NCBI GenBank assembly: GCA_009914755.4
Contig: CP086569.2
Coordinates: forward strand, 4,800,001 to 4,864,000
Length of the DNA: 64,000 nt
From: the human T2T-CHM13v2.0 reference genome, Homo sapiens
Direction of reading: 5' to 3'
Below are positions 26,855 through 39,636 of this stretch, piece after piece. A program made the translations under genes and the position numbers. The stretch's first letter is position 1. The number at the start of each line of letters is the position of its first letter. The notes beneath the pieces were generated by a model that saw only the letters and a list, made by a program, of their open reading frames with translations, was not told the DNA's origin and did not search any database.

Positions 26855-27108
26855 CACATGTTCTCACTTATAAGTGGGAGCTAAACATTAAGTACACATA
26901 GACATAAAGATGGAAACAGTAGATACTGGAGACTACTAGAGTTGGGGGGGAGCTGAAAAACTACCAATTGAGTACTATGCTCACTAGCTGGGTGAGGGAT
27001 CATTCATACCCCAAACCTTAGGATCACACAATATTCCCGTGTAACAAACCTGCACATGTACCCCCTGAATCTAAAATAAAATTTGAAATTATCAAAAAAA
27101 CTCATAAT
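26855..27108 (+). mobile_element. L1 3'-terminal fragment (L1PB/L1MA-like), heavily 5'-truncated, inserted immediately 3' of the MLT2 LTR
   Basis: 'ccacatgttctcacttataagtgggagctaaacattaagtacacatagacataaag...gtaacaaacctgcacatgtaccccctgaatctaaaataaaatttgaaattatcaaaaaaa' is the ORF2 stop region plus 3' UTR with an A-rich tail. Confidence 0.85.
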
Positions 27109-29055
27109 AACAACAATAAAAAGAATAACTGCCTGCCAGAGATGCCCATGCCTTAATCCCTGGGACCTGTGAATATGATGCCTTAGATAGGAAAGGACAT
27201 GGAAAGTCGCTAATCAGATGATATTGCAGTAAGTATATTATCCTGAATTACCCAAGTGAGTTCAATTTAATCACAAGTCTCCTTAAGTTTGGAAGAGGGA
27301 GGCATAACAGGAGATCATAGTGATGGGACATTAGAAGAACTGACCTGCTCTTATTGTCTTTGAAGATGGAAGAAAAGGGCTGTAATCCAAGGAATGTGAG
27401 TAGTCTCTAGAAACTGGAAATGGATTATTCCTTAGAAAGAAATATAGGCCTGCCAACATCTCCATTTTAGCCCAGCAAGACCCATTTTGGAACTCTGACC
27501 TCCAGCACTATAATAAAGATTTGTATTGCGTTAAGCCACTAGTTTGTAGTAATTTGTCACAATGGTGATAGGAAAGTAATACACGCACACACACACAAAA
27601 CAAAATTTGGCTTTAATTGGAAACATTGTCTTTGTTAAATCAAGCCATATGCATAATTTATCTCTTGGCTAATTTTTGACTTTTAACCTATTTGAGCTCT
27701 CTCATCCTTGCATCTATCTAGAATCTATTACTGGCTTCGTTTTTTGTGGGACTTTACTTGGAATTCCAATTCTTCTTATTATAGGGAATAAGAAATTGAG
27801 TACCTTTTGTTTAGCTGGTTTAAGCACATTTCTTCCTCCTGGTCTCATCAGTAATTGTGTGTGTGTAGTAAGTAAGGCACAAAACTAGTATAGAAACATC
27901 TGAATGGCTGCTGGAAATATTTTTTTAAACATGCCACTTAGGGGCTTAAATACTAAGAAATATATTAGTATCCAGTTTTCAAGGAAATGGACCATTGAAG
28001 CTCAACTTGAAAGCAACATATGGCAGTCTCATCTTCATCATGGTTTGACATGTGTTAAAAAATTTTTGAAAAGAAACTACCAATATTAAGAATCAACTAG
28101 GCAAACATTATAAACATAAATACAGATGCTCCTCAACTTACAGTGGGGTTACATTATGATAAACCCACAGTAAATTAAAAATATTGTATGTAAAAAATGT
28201 ACTTAATACATCTCACCTAACAACACATCATAGATTAACCTAGTCTGCCTTAAACCTGCTCAGAACAGTTACATTAGCCCATAGTTCAGCAAAATCATCC
28301 AATACAAAGCCTATTTTATTAAAAAAGTTTAATATATCATGTAATCTATTGACTATTGTGCTGAAAAACAGAAAGGTTGTATGGGTACTCAAAGTACGGT
28401 TTCTACTGAATGTGTATCAATTTGTGCCATTGTAAAGTAAAAAAAAATCCTAAATTGAACCATGGTAAGTCAGGGACTGCCTGTATTGAAAAGCTGACTT
28501 GGGAATAAACTACATTTTCATTGAAATATGAATGTATGATCTAGCAGTCTTTCTCTCCAATCATTTTTGAACCAAAACAGATTTCCCTATCTCACTAAAG
28601 TCATTATTTGAGGTCCCTTGTTGCCAGGCACTAGCTGTATAGAACATTGATTTTCAGAGAAAATGCTATGATAATTGAAGAATGTTAAAAAGCAGATAGA
28701 TTGTTTCCAAATTTCTCAGTGAATAGTTTACCATTAAATTTGAATTTTATCATCATGTAGGATTTACTCATAGTTAATAATACTATTCCTTTTAAGAAGA
28801 AAGACTCTCAAGATTGAGAAAATATAGCTAGAGCTTGTGTGCAATGATTTCAGGCAGCACATGGCTTTAGAAGGCTTGAATTCTAAGTTAGTATGGCAGA
28901 GTTATCACATCATTGACTGATTTTTCCTTTCAATTCAAAGCATGTTGATAGGTTTTCTTTCTTGGTATAGAAGGGAGAGGAATCTCTTGATGACATATTA
29001 TCTTAGTACTTTGTGCATTTTCTTGGTTGAGACACTTAGAAGACTGAGCAAATAC

Positions 29056-29117
29056 TGTATAATCAGGGTTATATAGAAAAACAGAATCAACAGGATGTAT
29101 GCATATATACACACACA

Positions 29118-29165
<48 letters not shown>

Positions 29166-29473
29166 AGGAGATTTATTATAAGAAATTAAAGCATAAGATT
29201 ATGGAGGCTTGGTGAGTCCAAATTCTGCTGTGTGGGTCAGCAGAGTGGATAACCAAGAGAAACAATGATACTAATAAAATCTGTAGGCCATCTGCTGGAG
29301 AATTCCTTCTTGCACAAGAAGGCCGGTATGTTGGTTCTATTCAGGCCTTCAGTTGATTGGATGAGGCCCCCCCACATCATGGAAGGCAATCTGCTTTACC
29401 CAAAGTTCACTGATTTAAATGTTAATCATATGCAAAAACACCCTTCAAGTTGGTGCATAAATTAACCATCACA
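29056..29473 (-). mobile_element. MLT2-like ERVL solo LTR with an internal (CA)n(TA)n microsatellite
   Basis: Reverse-complement LTR: 'tgtataatcagggttatatagaaaaacagaatcaacagga' (compare 'TGTATTAGTCAGGGTTCTCCAGAGAAACAGAACCAATAGGA') ... 'gagatttattataagaaattaaagcataagattatggaggcttggtgagtccaaa...attcaggccttcagttgattggatgaggccccc...ctgatttaaatgttaatc...aattaaccatcaca'. The (CA)22(TA)n tract lies at 29109-29162. Confidence 0.75.
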
Positions 29474-29707
29474 TGATATTTTAGAAAACATCTCATACCG
29501 TTGTAGAGTTATCACTTCTTTTGATGAGGGTGCTATTTTATCCTGCCTTCTATGACTTTATTTTTAACTATTGTAGATTTTAAAAGCCTATTGTTATATC
29601 AGACAGCCAATTGATTGAAACTAAGTAAATACATTTTTCCCAAATATCTGTATATTCCATGTGTAATTCTTATTGTAATAGAATTTTTTGCAAATATTAT
29701 ATTTTTT

Positions 29708-30080
29708 GATTTGTATTTTTTAAACATTTTTAGTTCACACATAATTGTACATATTTATGGGTTACATAGTAACGTTGCAATACATATAATGTATAGTGAT
29801 CAGATCAGGGTCATTAGCATATTTATAATCTCAAACAGTTATCATTTCTTTGTGTTGGGAACATTTAATATCCTCCTTCTAACTATTTGATATATTATCA
29901 TTAACTATAGTCATCCTACAATGCTATAGAATACTAGAACTTATTCTTTCTTTCTAGCTGTAATTTTGTAACCTCTAACCAACCTCTTCTATCTCCCCTT
30001 CCCCTCTATGCTTCCTATCCTCTGGTAGACAATATTCTACTCTCTACTTCTATGAGATCAACTTTTTTAGCTTCTGCATC
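29708..30080 (-). mobile_element. L1PB/L1MA 3'-end fragment
   Basis: '...tatagtcatcctacaatgctatagaatactagaacttattctttc...cctctggtagacaatattctactctctacttctatgagatcaacttttttag' is the reverse complement of the old-L1 3' UTR ('ccagcctctggtaaccaccattctactctctacttctatgagatcaacttttttag'). Confidence 0.8.
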
Positions 30081-30339
30081 AAGAATGAAAGCAAGAACTG
30101 TTTTGACACACGGGAAATATAGTTTATTTAAAGCACACACTATCTAAATAATCTAGATAGATAATGTGCTAAATAATACACTCACATGCACACACACTCG
30201 CTTTATGTTTCCTGAATATGGATGTTCCTCAATAGAAGACAATATTTTTGTGAAATGCTCAGTAAAATAGTGAAAATGTAGTCAATATGATCGCAAGTTT
30301 TCATCATCAGCAGTTAGGGAACATGACAAATTCACCATC

Positions 30340-30530
30340 TAAGTGTCAAATACTTTTCTAAGTGCTTTACATGGGTTAACTCATTTAATTCTCATAATAA
30401 CTATATGATATAGATTCCATTATCTTCCCCTTTTCATAAATGAGAAGACTGAGGAACAGAGCATTTAGATGATGTGTTCAAGGTCTCAGAACTAGTGAAT
30501 GGTAAGGAATCCAGCCTTTTAGGCTTTAGA
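30340..30530 (+). mobile_element. MIR SINE
   Basis: 'gtgctttacatgggttaactcatttaattctcataataactatatgatatagattccattatcttccccttttcataaatgagaagactgaggaacagagcatttagatgatgtgttcaaggtctcagaactagtgaatggtaaggaatccagcc' matches the MIR consensus. Confidence 0.85.
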
Positions 30531-32369
30531 GACCATGCTCTTGGCAATTAAACTATAAAGCCTTTTAAAGGAGATTTTAAAAAATTCTTATAATGTGACT
30601 CAGTTGTAAACAACGTAAGTGATAGAGATTTTAGACTCACGGAGCTAGAAGAGCTTTCATGTCCAAATCTTTCACTTTATCAATGAGGAATCTTAGGAAA
30701 CCAGAGCAGTAAAATGACTTTCTCTGCTTATGTAATGCATCTTTGATATCTATTGTAACTTTTCTGAGAAGTTCCCCCATTGCAGAAGGCAATGGCAGAT
30801 AGGGAAGCAGGGGAGAAAAATCATTCTGAAAGAGGCAATGTAAGAGCTGCAGAATTTGTTTCCAGCTTCTGATCTATTACTTAATTTAGGTATTGGCTTA
30901 GACATGAACATGATTAAGCTTCATAATTCACAAGGGTGTGGAGGAGGAAGAATTGTACTCAGGGCCCCATTGTTTACTAGGGGATTTTTCACATTCAGCC
31001 CAGTGTTTAAAGGTAGATTTAGTCTAATTTATAGTCCAAATAAATGACCAGATAAAAGTACATGTTTTTCTCTGCACCTATTCCTCAGCTTAAAAAAGAG
31101 GTGAGACAGACACTTAGCCTGGAAATTAAGCTTCATGGTTTATTTTAGTGACTCCCCTTATCTGTACTACCAATGGCATGCTGTGAATATATTCTTGACT
31201 GCTGCACTTAGTAACACTTCTCTCACTATGTATATAAAAAAGACCAAGCTACTTATTTTGGGGTTTTGTAAAATGAACAACCTAATCAAACGTGGCTCTT
31301 GTGGATTTTATTCTTTGTGGGCACCCACAGTAAATATATAACTTTATATCATGCTGAAGATTATCATTTAGTCATATATATTATATAATGAGTGGTGCTT
31401 TGTATAGAGAAGATGCTAAAAATGCCCTGATTAAATTTATTAGGCATGATGAGATAGAAAAATACTTACTGTAAAACAAGAAACAAACTTGGAGCCTAAA
31501 AAACATTCAAATATTACTTTGAAAGAAAGGAAATAAGCATTTTATTATATTTACTAAACTTTAAGAGAAGTTTTTTAACAGAAGTTTTTCCAGACAGTAC
31601 ACTTTCGGATACCCTCAAATTACATTTCAACAATTAGTGGTTTGTTGTGTGAGCAAATTTCTTTATAGAGGGAAATTAATGGCTGGTATATCCTAGCTAA
31701 GGATGTAAATGTCATGGGTAAGTGTTCACAATGGATAATACATGCCCTGAAAATGATACAGATGGATTTTGATTTATTTTCAAGTGTTGTGATCTGATAT
31801 AATATCCTTCTAATTCACATTATAAAGCATATTTTCAATGTATGATATTCACTGCTCTGGAATATCATAGAATTAATCAAATGCTGTGCATAGATAAAGG
31901 AAACAAATGAATTACTTAAGCTTGTGAACAAAGATCAAGTAGGAGCAAATGAATCAAATCCTTAAGTGTAGTGTGTATATATAAACATTTGTTTTCGTGT
32001 AGGTAATCCCGTATATATAGATGTCTTAGGAGCTTTGTAGAAGTGTTTCTGTAATATTTTAGAGACCTTAACAACTGTAACCTGAATCTGATAAAATGGT
32101 GCCTAGCTTAGATTATAATAAATATTGTTTGTTTTTTATGAATTATAAAATGAAGTAATAAATTTAAAGTCTGATAAATATCAATCCTATTTATCTGTTT
32201 TTTTCTGAAAAGTGAAATAATCTGCTATTCATATGTCTAGCAAAATTATTTCAACCATTTTGATCATTACTGTGAATTATTTAGTTTATATTGTTATAAT
32301 TAACATATTATATTTACAGTCTACCTGATAGTCACATATACAGAGAGTCTAATGAGTAAGTAAAAGAGT

Positions 32370-32580
32370 ACACAAGGTTTGCTGAGTTCTTACTATGTGC
32401 CAGGTACTAGTCTGAGCCCTTGAACATAACACAAGAGCCCTATGAAATACTTACATTTCTTTGTGTCTGTTATTCAGGTAAGGAAATCGAAGCCCAGAAA
32501 TGCTAAGTAAATTGCCAAGATCACCAGCCTAGGAAGTAATGGAGCTAGGATTCAGGCCCAGACAGTCTAGCTCCAGGAAT
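32370..32580 (+). mobile_element. MIR SINE
   Basis: 'tactatgtgccaggtactagtctgagccc...ttcaggtaaggaaatcgaagcccagaaatgctaagtaaattgccaagatcaccagcctaggaagtaatggagctaggattcaggcccag'. Confidence 0.8.
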
Positions 32581-33535
32581 TTTGTTTTAACTATCATTAC
32601 TGATTATCATGGCCACGTTGATTAGCAAAGCAGTAGCATTCTTACCAATACACTTATGAAAGATTGAGACATGCTATTAAAAGCAGTAATCTCAGGGAAA
32701 TAATAAAATTAACTTCGTGGCAGATAAAATGCAAAGGAAGTGAAATAAGAATTAGCAAGTATAATGACTCCATTGTTCAATGAGATTCCAGCAGTCTTTA
32801 AGAAAAAATATGCAGTAAAGATTTAGTCAACTCTAGACACTTTGACTCTCAGAAATTTGGTGAGTTTTTAGAACTACTTGACTTCTATCAATGTTATGCA
32901 AATATATGACATGTTGGTGATTCTGTATTCTTCAGATACTAGGCAGGCTCATAAAAAGCCTCTACTGAGGAGAGTAGTGGAGTGATTTACTTAAAAAGAG
33001 CAGGCCTAAAATGACAGAAAGCAAATCGAAATCCATAAAGTAGTAAGAAACTACTTAACTATTATATAATTAGTGTTAGCATATATACAAGATCTCTCAG
33101 AATAAATTCAGGAACAGAAAGATAATAAAGAGAAATAAGCCCCAACAACAGAAATTTTGTAAGGCTCAAAGACTCATTAAAAGGTGTTAGATCTAGCCCA
33201 AATGTCCATAGATAGTTCTAAAACGTAGACTATTCACTGGACTAAAATGATAGAAAAAAATTGGTAGTAATAGGTAGAAATCTATTTTAAATATAAAAGA
33301 CTACCAAAATTTGGAAGCATACCTGATAGTGGTGGTAAAATGCTGTCCATGTGTGTCTGTGTGCATGTGAGAAATATTAGTAAAAGAATAAAAGAAAAGG
33401 AAATCATCTCTCCTAAGACACTATGGAGAGATATATGGTATACAATTCTGTAAAGTAACAGATAAACCACGGCAGGAAGGGAAGATTTTTGGCAGAAAAG
33501 AGTAAGAGGAAAAAAAAAAAAAAAAGAGGTCCTCT

Positions 33536-33600
33536 CCAAATATATATATATACACGTATATATATACACATACATATACATATATACACATATATATACT
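33536..33600. repeat. Complex (TA)n/(CATA)n microsatellite
   Basis: 'atatatatatatacacgtatatatatacacatacatatacatatatacacatatatatac'. An A16 run lies just upstream at 33513-33528. Confidence 0.9.
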
Positions 33601-34168
33601 TACTATATATTATTTTTGTTTCTTTCTCAGAAAAAAAAAAACTTTGAGGTACAACTTGTGACCATCAAAAGTGAGAAGTAGGGGATTAGCCCTTAGCTAG
33701 CAAATACAACAGAGCTGGTAGCCCTGTCACAAGCAGTAGCACATTTAGGACTTAGTTTTCCATATAATTCCCAATACAATGACAACTGTTGTGTTTACTT
33801 GGAAGTAGATTTGATGGCTTAATTTGGCCCTTGATGCTGGAACCAGACAACATGGTAAATAAGCTTTGAAAGTAGCCTAGTGTCAGAGTTGGTCATTAGA
33901 GTGGTTCATTCAATATGGTTATGGTGTTCAGACTTGAAATCTAAGCATAAAATATATATGTAGATGGGAAAATTCTGTAGCCACTCCTATGGTTAGTTTT
34001 AATAGATTAGATTTCTAAATATGTAAGATTTAAAAGCACCTGTAATCTTAGAGGGACTATTTCAAAACACTGTCCAGGCAAGGGAGCTGAGGTGAACTTT
34101 GTTTTGGGAAATTCATTACAGATAGTTTTGTTTTTTCATTTTTCTTTTCTTTTTCAATAAGCTTTAGT

Positions 34169-34212
34169 GGTGTGTGTGTGTGTGTGTGTGTGTTGTGTGC
34201 GTGTGTGTGTAT
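34169..34212. repeat. (TG)n microsatellite
   Basis: 'gtgtgtgtgtgtgtgtgtgtgtgttgtgtgcgtgtgtgtgt'. Confidence 0.95.
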
Positions 34213-34851
34213 ATGATCATTAATTTTGAAATAACTGCCAACATTAGTTGGCTTGAAAGAAAACCTTTTTGAAAGTTTTTAGCTTGTTCCAATTTACTTT
34301 TATATAATAAGGGGCAGTAAAACTATTTGCATGTTGGTCTGGCAGAAAAAGAAATTATGAAAGGCAAATTAATTATGTTGAAAATAGTCTGCTAATGTAC
34401 TATGAGTAATTGGTATTAACCTATGAGTGAAGTTTACACTGACAGATTTTATTTCATTAGAAGACAGCATTTTCTAATAAAATGAAATGAGCCATCTTAT
34501 GAGGCAGGGAGATTTCCAGCACTAAAATTGAAAAAGCAAAGGATATGTGGACACTGACAGACTGCTCTATTGAAGGGCTTCAGGTGAAGGTTACACTACG
34601 TGAATTCTAAGTCCACTTCTACCTCTGTGTTTTATAATTTTAGGACTTATTTAAAAACTTCTAGATAAAAAGAAACACAGTATTTTAGATGTGCATTATC
34701 TGGTCTTTTGTCAGGAGTTGAGTTCAGAAAAAATGATTAAGATAATATTTTTTGGCTGATGAATGCAATTTAATCCTATAGAGAAGTCATATTTTAAGCA
34801 GTCAAACATTCTCTACTCAATAGAAAAATACGTCATTATACTTATATATAT

Positions 34852-35232
34852 TTTTTCATCAACTTTTATTTTACGTTCCAGGGTACATGTGCAGGATGTG
34901 CAGCTTTGTTACATACGTACATATGTGCCATGGTGGTTTGCTGCACAGATCAACTCATTACCTAGGTATGAAGCCCAGGATCCATTAGCTATTCTTCCTG
35001 ATGCTCTCCCTCACCCCACCCGCCCTCAAGAGGCCTCAGTGTGTGTTGTTCCCCGCTCCATGTATCCATGTGTTCTCATTGTTCAGCTCCCATTATAAGT
35101 GAGAACATGCAGTGTTTGATTTTCTGTTCCTGTATCAGTTGGCGGAGGATAACGGCTTCCAACTCCATCCACGTCCCTGCAAAGGACGCGATGTCATGTT
35201 TTTTTTTAATGGCTGCATAGTATTCCATGAAT
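34852..35232 (-). mobile_element. L1 3'-end fragment (L1PA/L1PB-like)
   Basis: Reverse complement of the L1 3' UTR: 'cagggtacatgtgcaggatgtgcagctttgttacatacgtacatatgtgccatggtggtttgctgcac...cattataagtgagaacatgcagtgtttgattttctgttcc...ccatccacgtccctgcaaaggacg...ggctgcatagtattccatg'. Confidence 0.85.
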
Positions 35233-35369
35233 ACACTATTATATCTTTTGATGGTCTGTTCTTGACCAAAGCTCAGCCACAGCTGTGGAACATTGTGTAT
35301 GATTATGTGTATACGTTATTTCAAAAAAGAAAAAGACAAAAATGTCATGCCCCTTTTTGAGTTTTGGAA

Positions 35370-35690
35370 AGAGAAATGGTGAGAAAGAAAGGGGGAGAAA
35401 GGGAAAAGAGGTAGGAGGTGAGACAGGGGGAGAAGTTTGGAAGAAAAAGGGAGTGAAAATAGGAAGAGAGTACAGTAAAGATAAAGTGGAGAAACATGGG
35501 AAGAGGGAAAGGGGAGCAAGAGAGGGAAAATTCAAAAGAGAGGCCGAGAGAGAGAAAATGTGTTAAAGATGAAGAGAGGCAAACAGAGTCAGTAGTAGCA
35601 AGAGAGAAAAGGGGAGAAATGGAGGAAGAGAGCAGAGAGAACAAGAGAAGAGAGGGAAGAGAGGTATGAAGAAGTGGGCATGGTGTATGT
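35370..35690 (+). repeat. About 320-bp polypurine (GA-rich) low-complexity tract followed by (TG)n
   Basis: 'gagaaatggtgagaaagaaagggggagaaagggaaaagaggtaggaggtgagacagggggagaag...gagagggaagagaggtatgaagaag' is almost exclusively A/G on the + strand. (TG)19 follows at 35699-35736. Confidence 0.9.
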
Positions 35691-35699
35691 GTCTGCATT

Positions 35700-35736
<37 letters not shown>

Positions 35737-38700
35737 CCTGAGAAAGAGATAGAGGGAGAGAGCAAATTTCTAGACTTAACTGTGTACTGAAACATACTCA
35801 TCCAGTACCTACTTAATAATCTGAAAACATTTTCATTAACATCTTACAGTCATCCTATGTTAAATTCATGAATACGTTACAAGTAGCATTTCCAATAAGA
35901 AGTGGAGATTACTGGCACTCTTGCTCCCACCCTTTTTACCCACAAATCTTAAACACATTTAAGTCTCTGGAATTACCCACCTTTAGTTAATTTTGATTCC
36001 TTTACCTTTGAATGAAAAATTTATCTTTTATGACCAAATACTGAAATGATGCATTACTGAAGATGTCATGAAAGAAAATGTAGCATGAAAAACATTTAAC
36101 TTCTTGACTTCCTGAGTACCACTATTTGGATTATAAAAATATTTTAAGATAATCAAGGTGGGTCTATTTTGAAAATCTCTAACTAGTAAAAGCAGACCTA
36201 TGTCTTGCAAAGCTTTTGCCACTTCCTAATGCCTCATTTGTGCCAGTTGAAAAACTGCAGTAATTAACAGGCCAAGCTGTATTCAGAAGATTCAGACACA
36301 GCCAGAGAAAACTGTCTCCTCCTTTGCTACTATCAGCCTCAGGAGAGAGAATGGGTTACTCATGGACCAGATCATCTTAAAGAAGAAGCAGTGAAATACC
36401 TTAGTAAAATATTAGAAACTCTTTTGATGTATAATATTACTTTACATTAGTGAATTTTTGTTGTCAGATAGGCAACTCAAATACCTACAATGCGTTTTTT
36501 CAACCTTCAAACACAATTTAGCACAGTTCTCTATGCAAATATTTGAAGATATTTCCACCCATGATGAATTTTAAAGAAAATTTATTTTACTAAGGAAAAG
36601 GAGCTCAGCTTTTATAGGAAAGATAACATTAATGTTTACTATAATCCTGACATATTTTGATGCATTTTTATCAAAATATTCGCTAGTTTATTTGTTTGTT
36701 GACAAAAATCCATGCATATTTATGAACTGCTTAGGTAGTAAGCAGTTATTCCTAAATTTGTCAGTGAATAACTATTGCTAAATGGGAAAGTTGGTGTGAA
36801 GAAATGAATATTTTAGGTGTCAGACATGCCTAAGCAAATTTCATTTTGTTTGCAATTAGTGTTTAATTCTTATCCTCAAAAATTTTCTAGTAAAAAAAGT
36901 AATAACAATCATAATGTGAACAATTAACAAAAATCACCCAAAATAGGGTTTCTAAATGGAGACATTCTTAATGGCCCTTTCGTTGAATGTGTTGAGTGTC
37001 TCTAAAGAGAAAGGGTGATAACAAAGTTGTGGTTAAGGATATGTCTCCATCCAAACAAAATGTTATAAGTTTGTTAATTAGGACAATAATAAAACTAACA
37101 TCACAGATGCATTCTTTTCTTAAAACGTAGCTAAATATTTCACCTCAGCTATTGAAATCTTTTTTTCCTTTAAAAATGGGCTTTGTCTTTGTCTTTCTTT
37201 TAGCTGTTCCCTTTGTTAATTGTCCCTAACCATGGGAATGTTATTGTAGAAGAATTTCACGGCCCAAGCTATAAGAATCATTGATTAGTGGCATTCAAAT
37301 TTTACCAGCACGAGGAGAAAGCTTAGTTCCTTTAGGCTTGGGTTGGAATAGCACCCATAATTAAAGATGTCTGTCAACCCTTGTTATGCTTCTAGTCTTA
37401 ACATTTTTCCCCCCTGAACATAATTTGCTCTTTTGAAAGAATAGCTTTTTCTTGAGATTTATAGGTCACTCTTTGTTCCTTGCTAAAATCGGAAATTCTT
37501 GGCACAACACTCCGCTGTTAGCTAGATATTTTTTTCTGACTGTAGTGAGGTTTAAAGACATTAGTTCTGGGATACTTTCTGTGTGTCTCTCTTTAGGATA
37601 CTCTAAAACAGACTAGGGGCACCTTATCCAATTCTTCAAAACTATATGGAAATAGTTTAAATTAGATTTTAAGTCAATATATGATTTTAAAATTCTACTT
37701 TGGAGTACCTTAATTCAATTAATTATTTACCCAAAATGCTACTAACTTTACTGGAACCATCAAATTGTTGTTGTTCATATACATTATATGGCAGCAATTC
37801 CAACTGAAGCTATCTTCACTGTTTTTCCTCAATGAAGACCTTTTGTTATTCTTCATTGAATTAAAGAAAGCTTGAGTTTTGTCTTTTCCTGCCTGAGAGT
37901 CCTAGATAAATTATAGAAATTAGACTGGAATCCCACTGTAGATATGTTACTGAGTTTAAACTGAAATAACTCTGTGTCTAAAATAAATCACCCAAAGCTG
38001 AACAGAAAAGTTATTGGACAATTAGAAGAACATTTAATTGTATAAGATGAAACTCAGCAAGCTGTAAGGCAATGTAATTAAATAGACACAGCTTAATGAA
38101 GATAAGGAATTTGAAAGGGAAATAAGTATTTTTCAATGTATGCTAATTCAGGTAGAAAATACCTCAGCAAGATGTGTTATCCCAATTATATGTCAAGCTT
38201 AGGAAATTCAAGTTTTAAAAAAAGCACTGTTTAAAAAGGAAATATGCAAGTGAGGAACAATATTGGAACATATTTTCAGTTTTTCATGGCTATAGAGATA
38301 ACAAATGTCTTACTAGAGAAGACCCAGTACAACATGAAGACCCAGTTTTCATGGACAGCTAAATTATTTTCTTATAATTTGTAATTTTGTACAATTTCTT
38401 ACACTTATATTTCCCAGCTTCTTATTGTCATTTATCTTAAAGTTAAATTATTTTTCCTAAAGAACATTCATTCCTGAATTTGTGTGTTATTTCATCTTAT
38501 CAGCTTCAATTAATTTAACGATACACTTTTCAATCTCCATAGTGAATCAGTGCTGAGAATATCCACTAAACCTTGTCACACTTTTTGTTACTGTCCATTT
38601 TTTTAGAGAAACAGAAGTTTTGTAAACCAAAAAGTACCTGAGACAAGTCTCAATCAATTTAGAAAGTTTATTTTGCCGAGGTTAAGGCGGCCCCAATGAC

Positions 38701-39567
38701 ATAGACTCAGGAGGTCCTGATGCCACGTGCCAAGGTGGTTGGGTACCGCTTGATTTTATACATTTTAGGGAGACATAATACATAAATCAACGCATGTAAG
38801 ATTTACATTGGTTCAATCTGGAAGGGTGGGAAAACTCAAAGCAGGGGCTTCCAGGCCATAGGTAGATTCAAACATATACTGATTGGCAATTGGTTGAAAG
38901 AGTTATTATCTATAGAAAGGAAAGTCTAGATATTATAAGCGCTTGTGAGGACCTAGGATTTCTCATGCAAATGAAGCCTCCAAGTAGCAGACTTTAGAGA
39001 GAATAGATTGTTGATGTTTCTTACCAGACTTAATGTATTGCTGTTAATGTTGGCAGGGTATAATGAAGCATGCCCAACACCCACTTGCCATAATGGGTTG
39101 AACCAGTCTTTCATGTTAAATTTTAGGGGGCTCTGGCTGAGGAGGGAGCCCATTCAGATGGTTGCAGGGGGCCTTTAAATTTTATTTTTGGTTTATAGTT
39201 TCTTTGTCCTATCCAGGTACCTTATGATCTTCAAGTTATGTACAATCCAGAGGGGGTGCGATATTTCAGCAAAATGGGGTCTTTTGGGGCAATATTTATC
39301 CTTAGTACCCCTCAATTAATGGTGCATAAAGAATTAGAAAGTAGTTGAACATAGAGTTAAATTGTAATTGGCAGTTCTGTGAGATGAAAATTTGATTTGC
39401 CTAAGTAATTTTAACCTTCTTAACATTTAGCTAATGTATACACCAAAAGATACACATTTGACCACTTGTAATTATCTCAAACCCTTACAACTTACAATCG
39501 TATTTTCATTCTTGACTTGCTCCTCTCTGAAACATACAGTTAGCTCTTTTTTGAAATCAAAACATTT

Positions 39568-39636
39568 ATATAATATAATATATATAATATAATATAATAT
39601 AATATAATATAATATAATATAATATAATATAATATA
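39568..39636. repeat. (TATAA)n pentanucleotide microsatellite
   Basis: 'tataatataatatatataatataatataatataatataatataatataatataatatag'. Confidence 0.95.

Noticed and set aside
28930-29154. ORF beginning MCVCVCVCVCV, and similarly 46951-47208 containing CVCVCVCV
   Set aside because: These are translations of (TG)n/(CA)n microsatellites.
35239-35698. Several overlapping ORFs (74-117 aa) with S/L/F/P- or G/E/K/R-rich translations
   Set aside because: They are translations of a strand-pure polypurine/polypyrimidine low-complexity tract. There is no real coding signal.
38620-39330. Impression that this about 700-bp block ('aagtacctgagacaagtctcaatcaatttagaaag...tttatacattttagggagacat...') is a known low-copy interspersed repeat
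   Set aside because: I could not anchor it to a consensus from memory with confidence. Only the first 13 bp resemble the THE1 reverse-complement end. It is left unannotated and should be checked with RepeatMasker.
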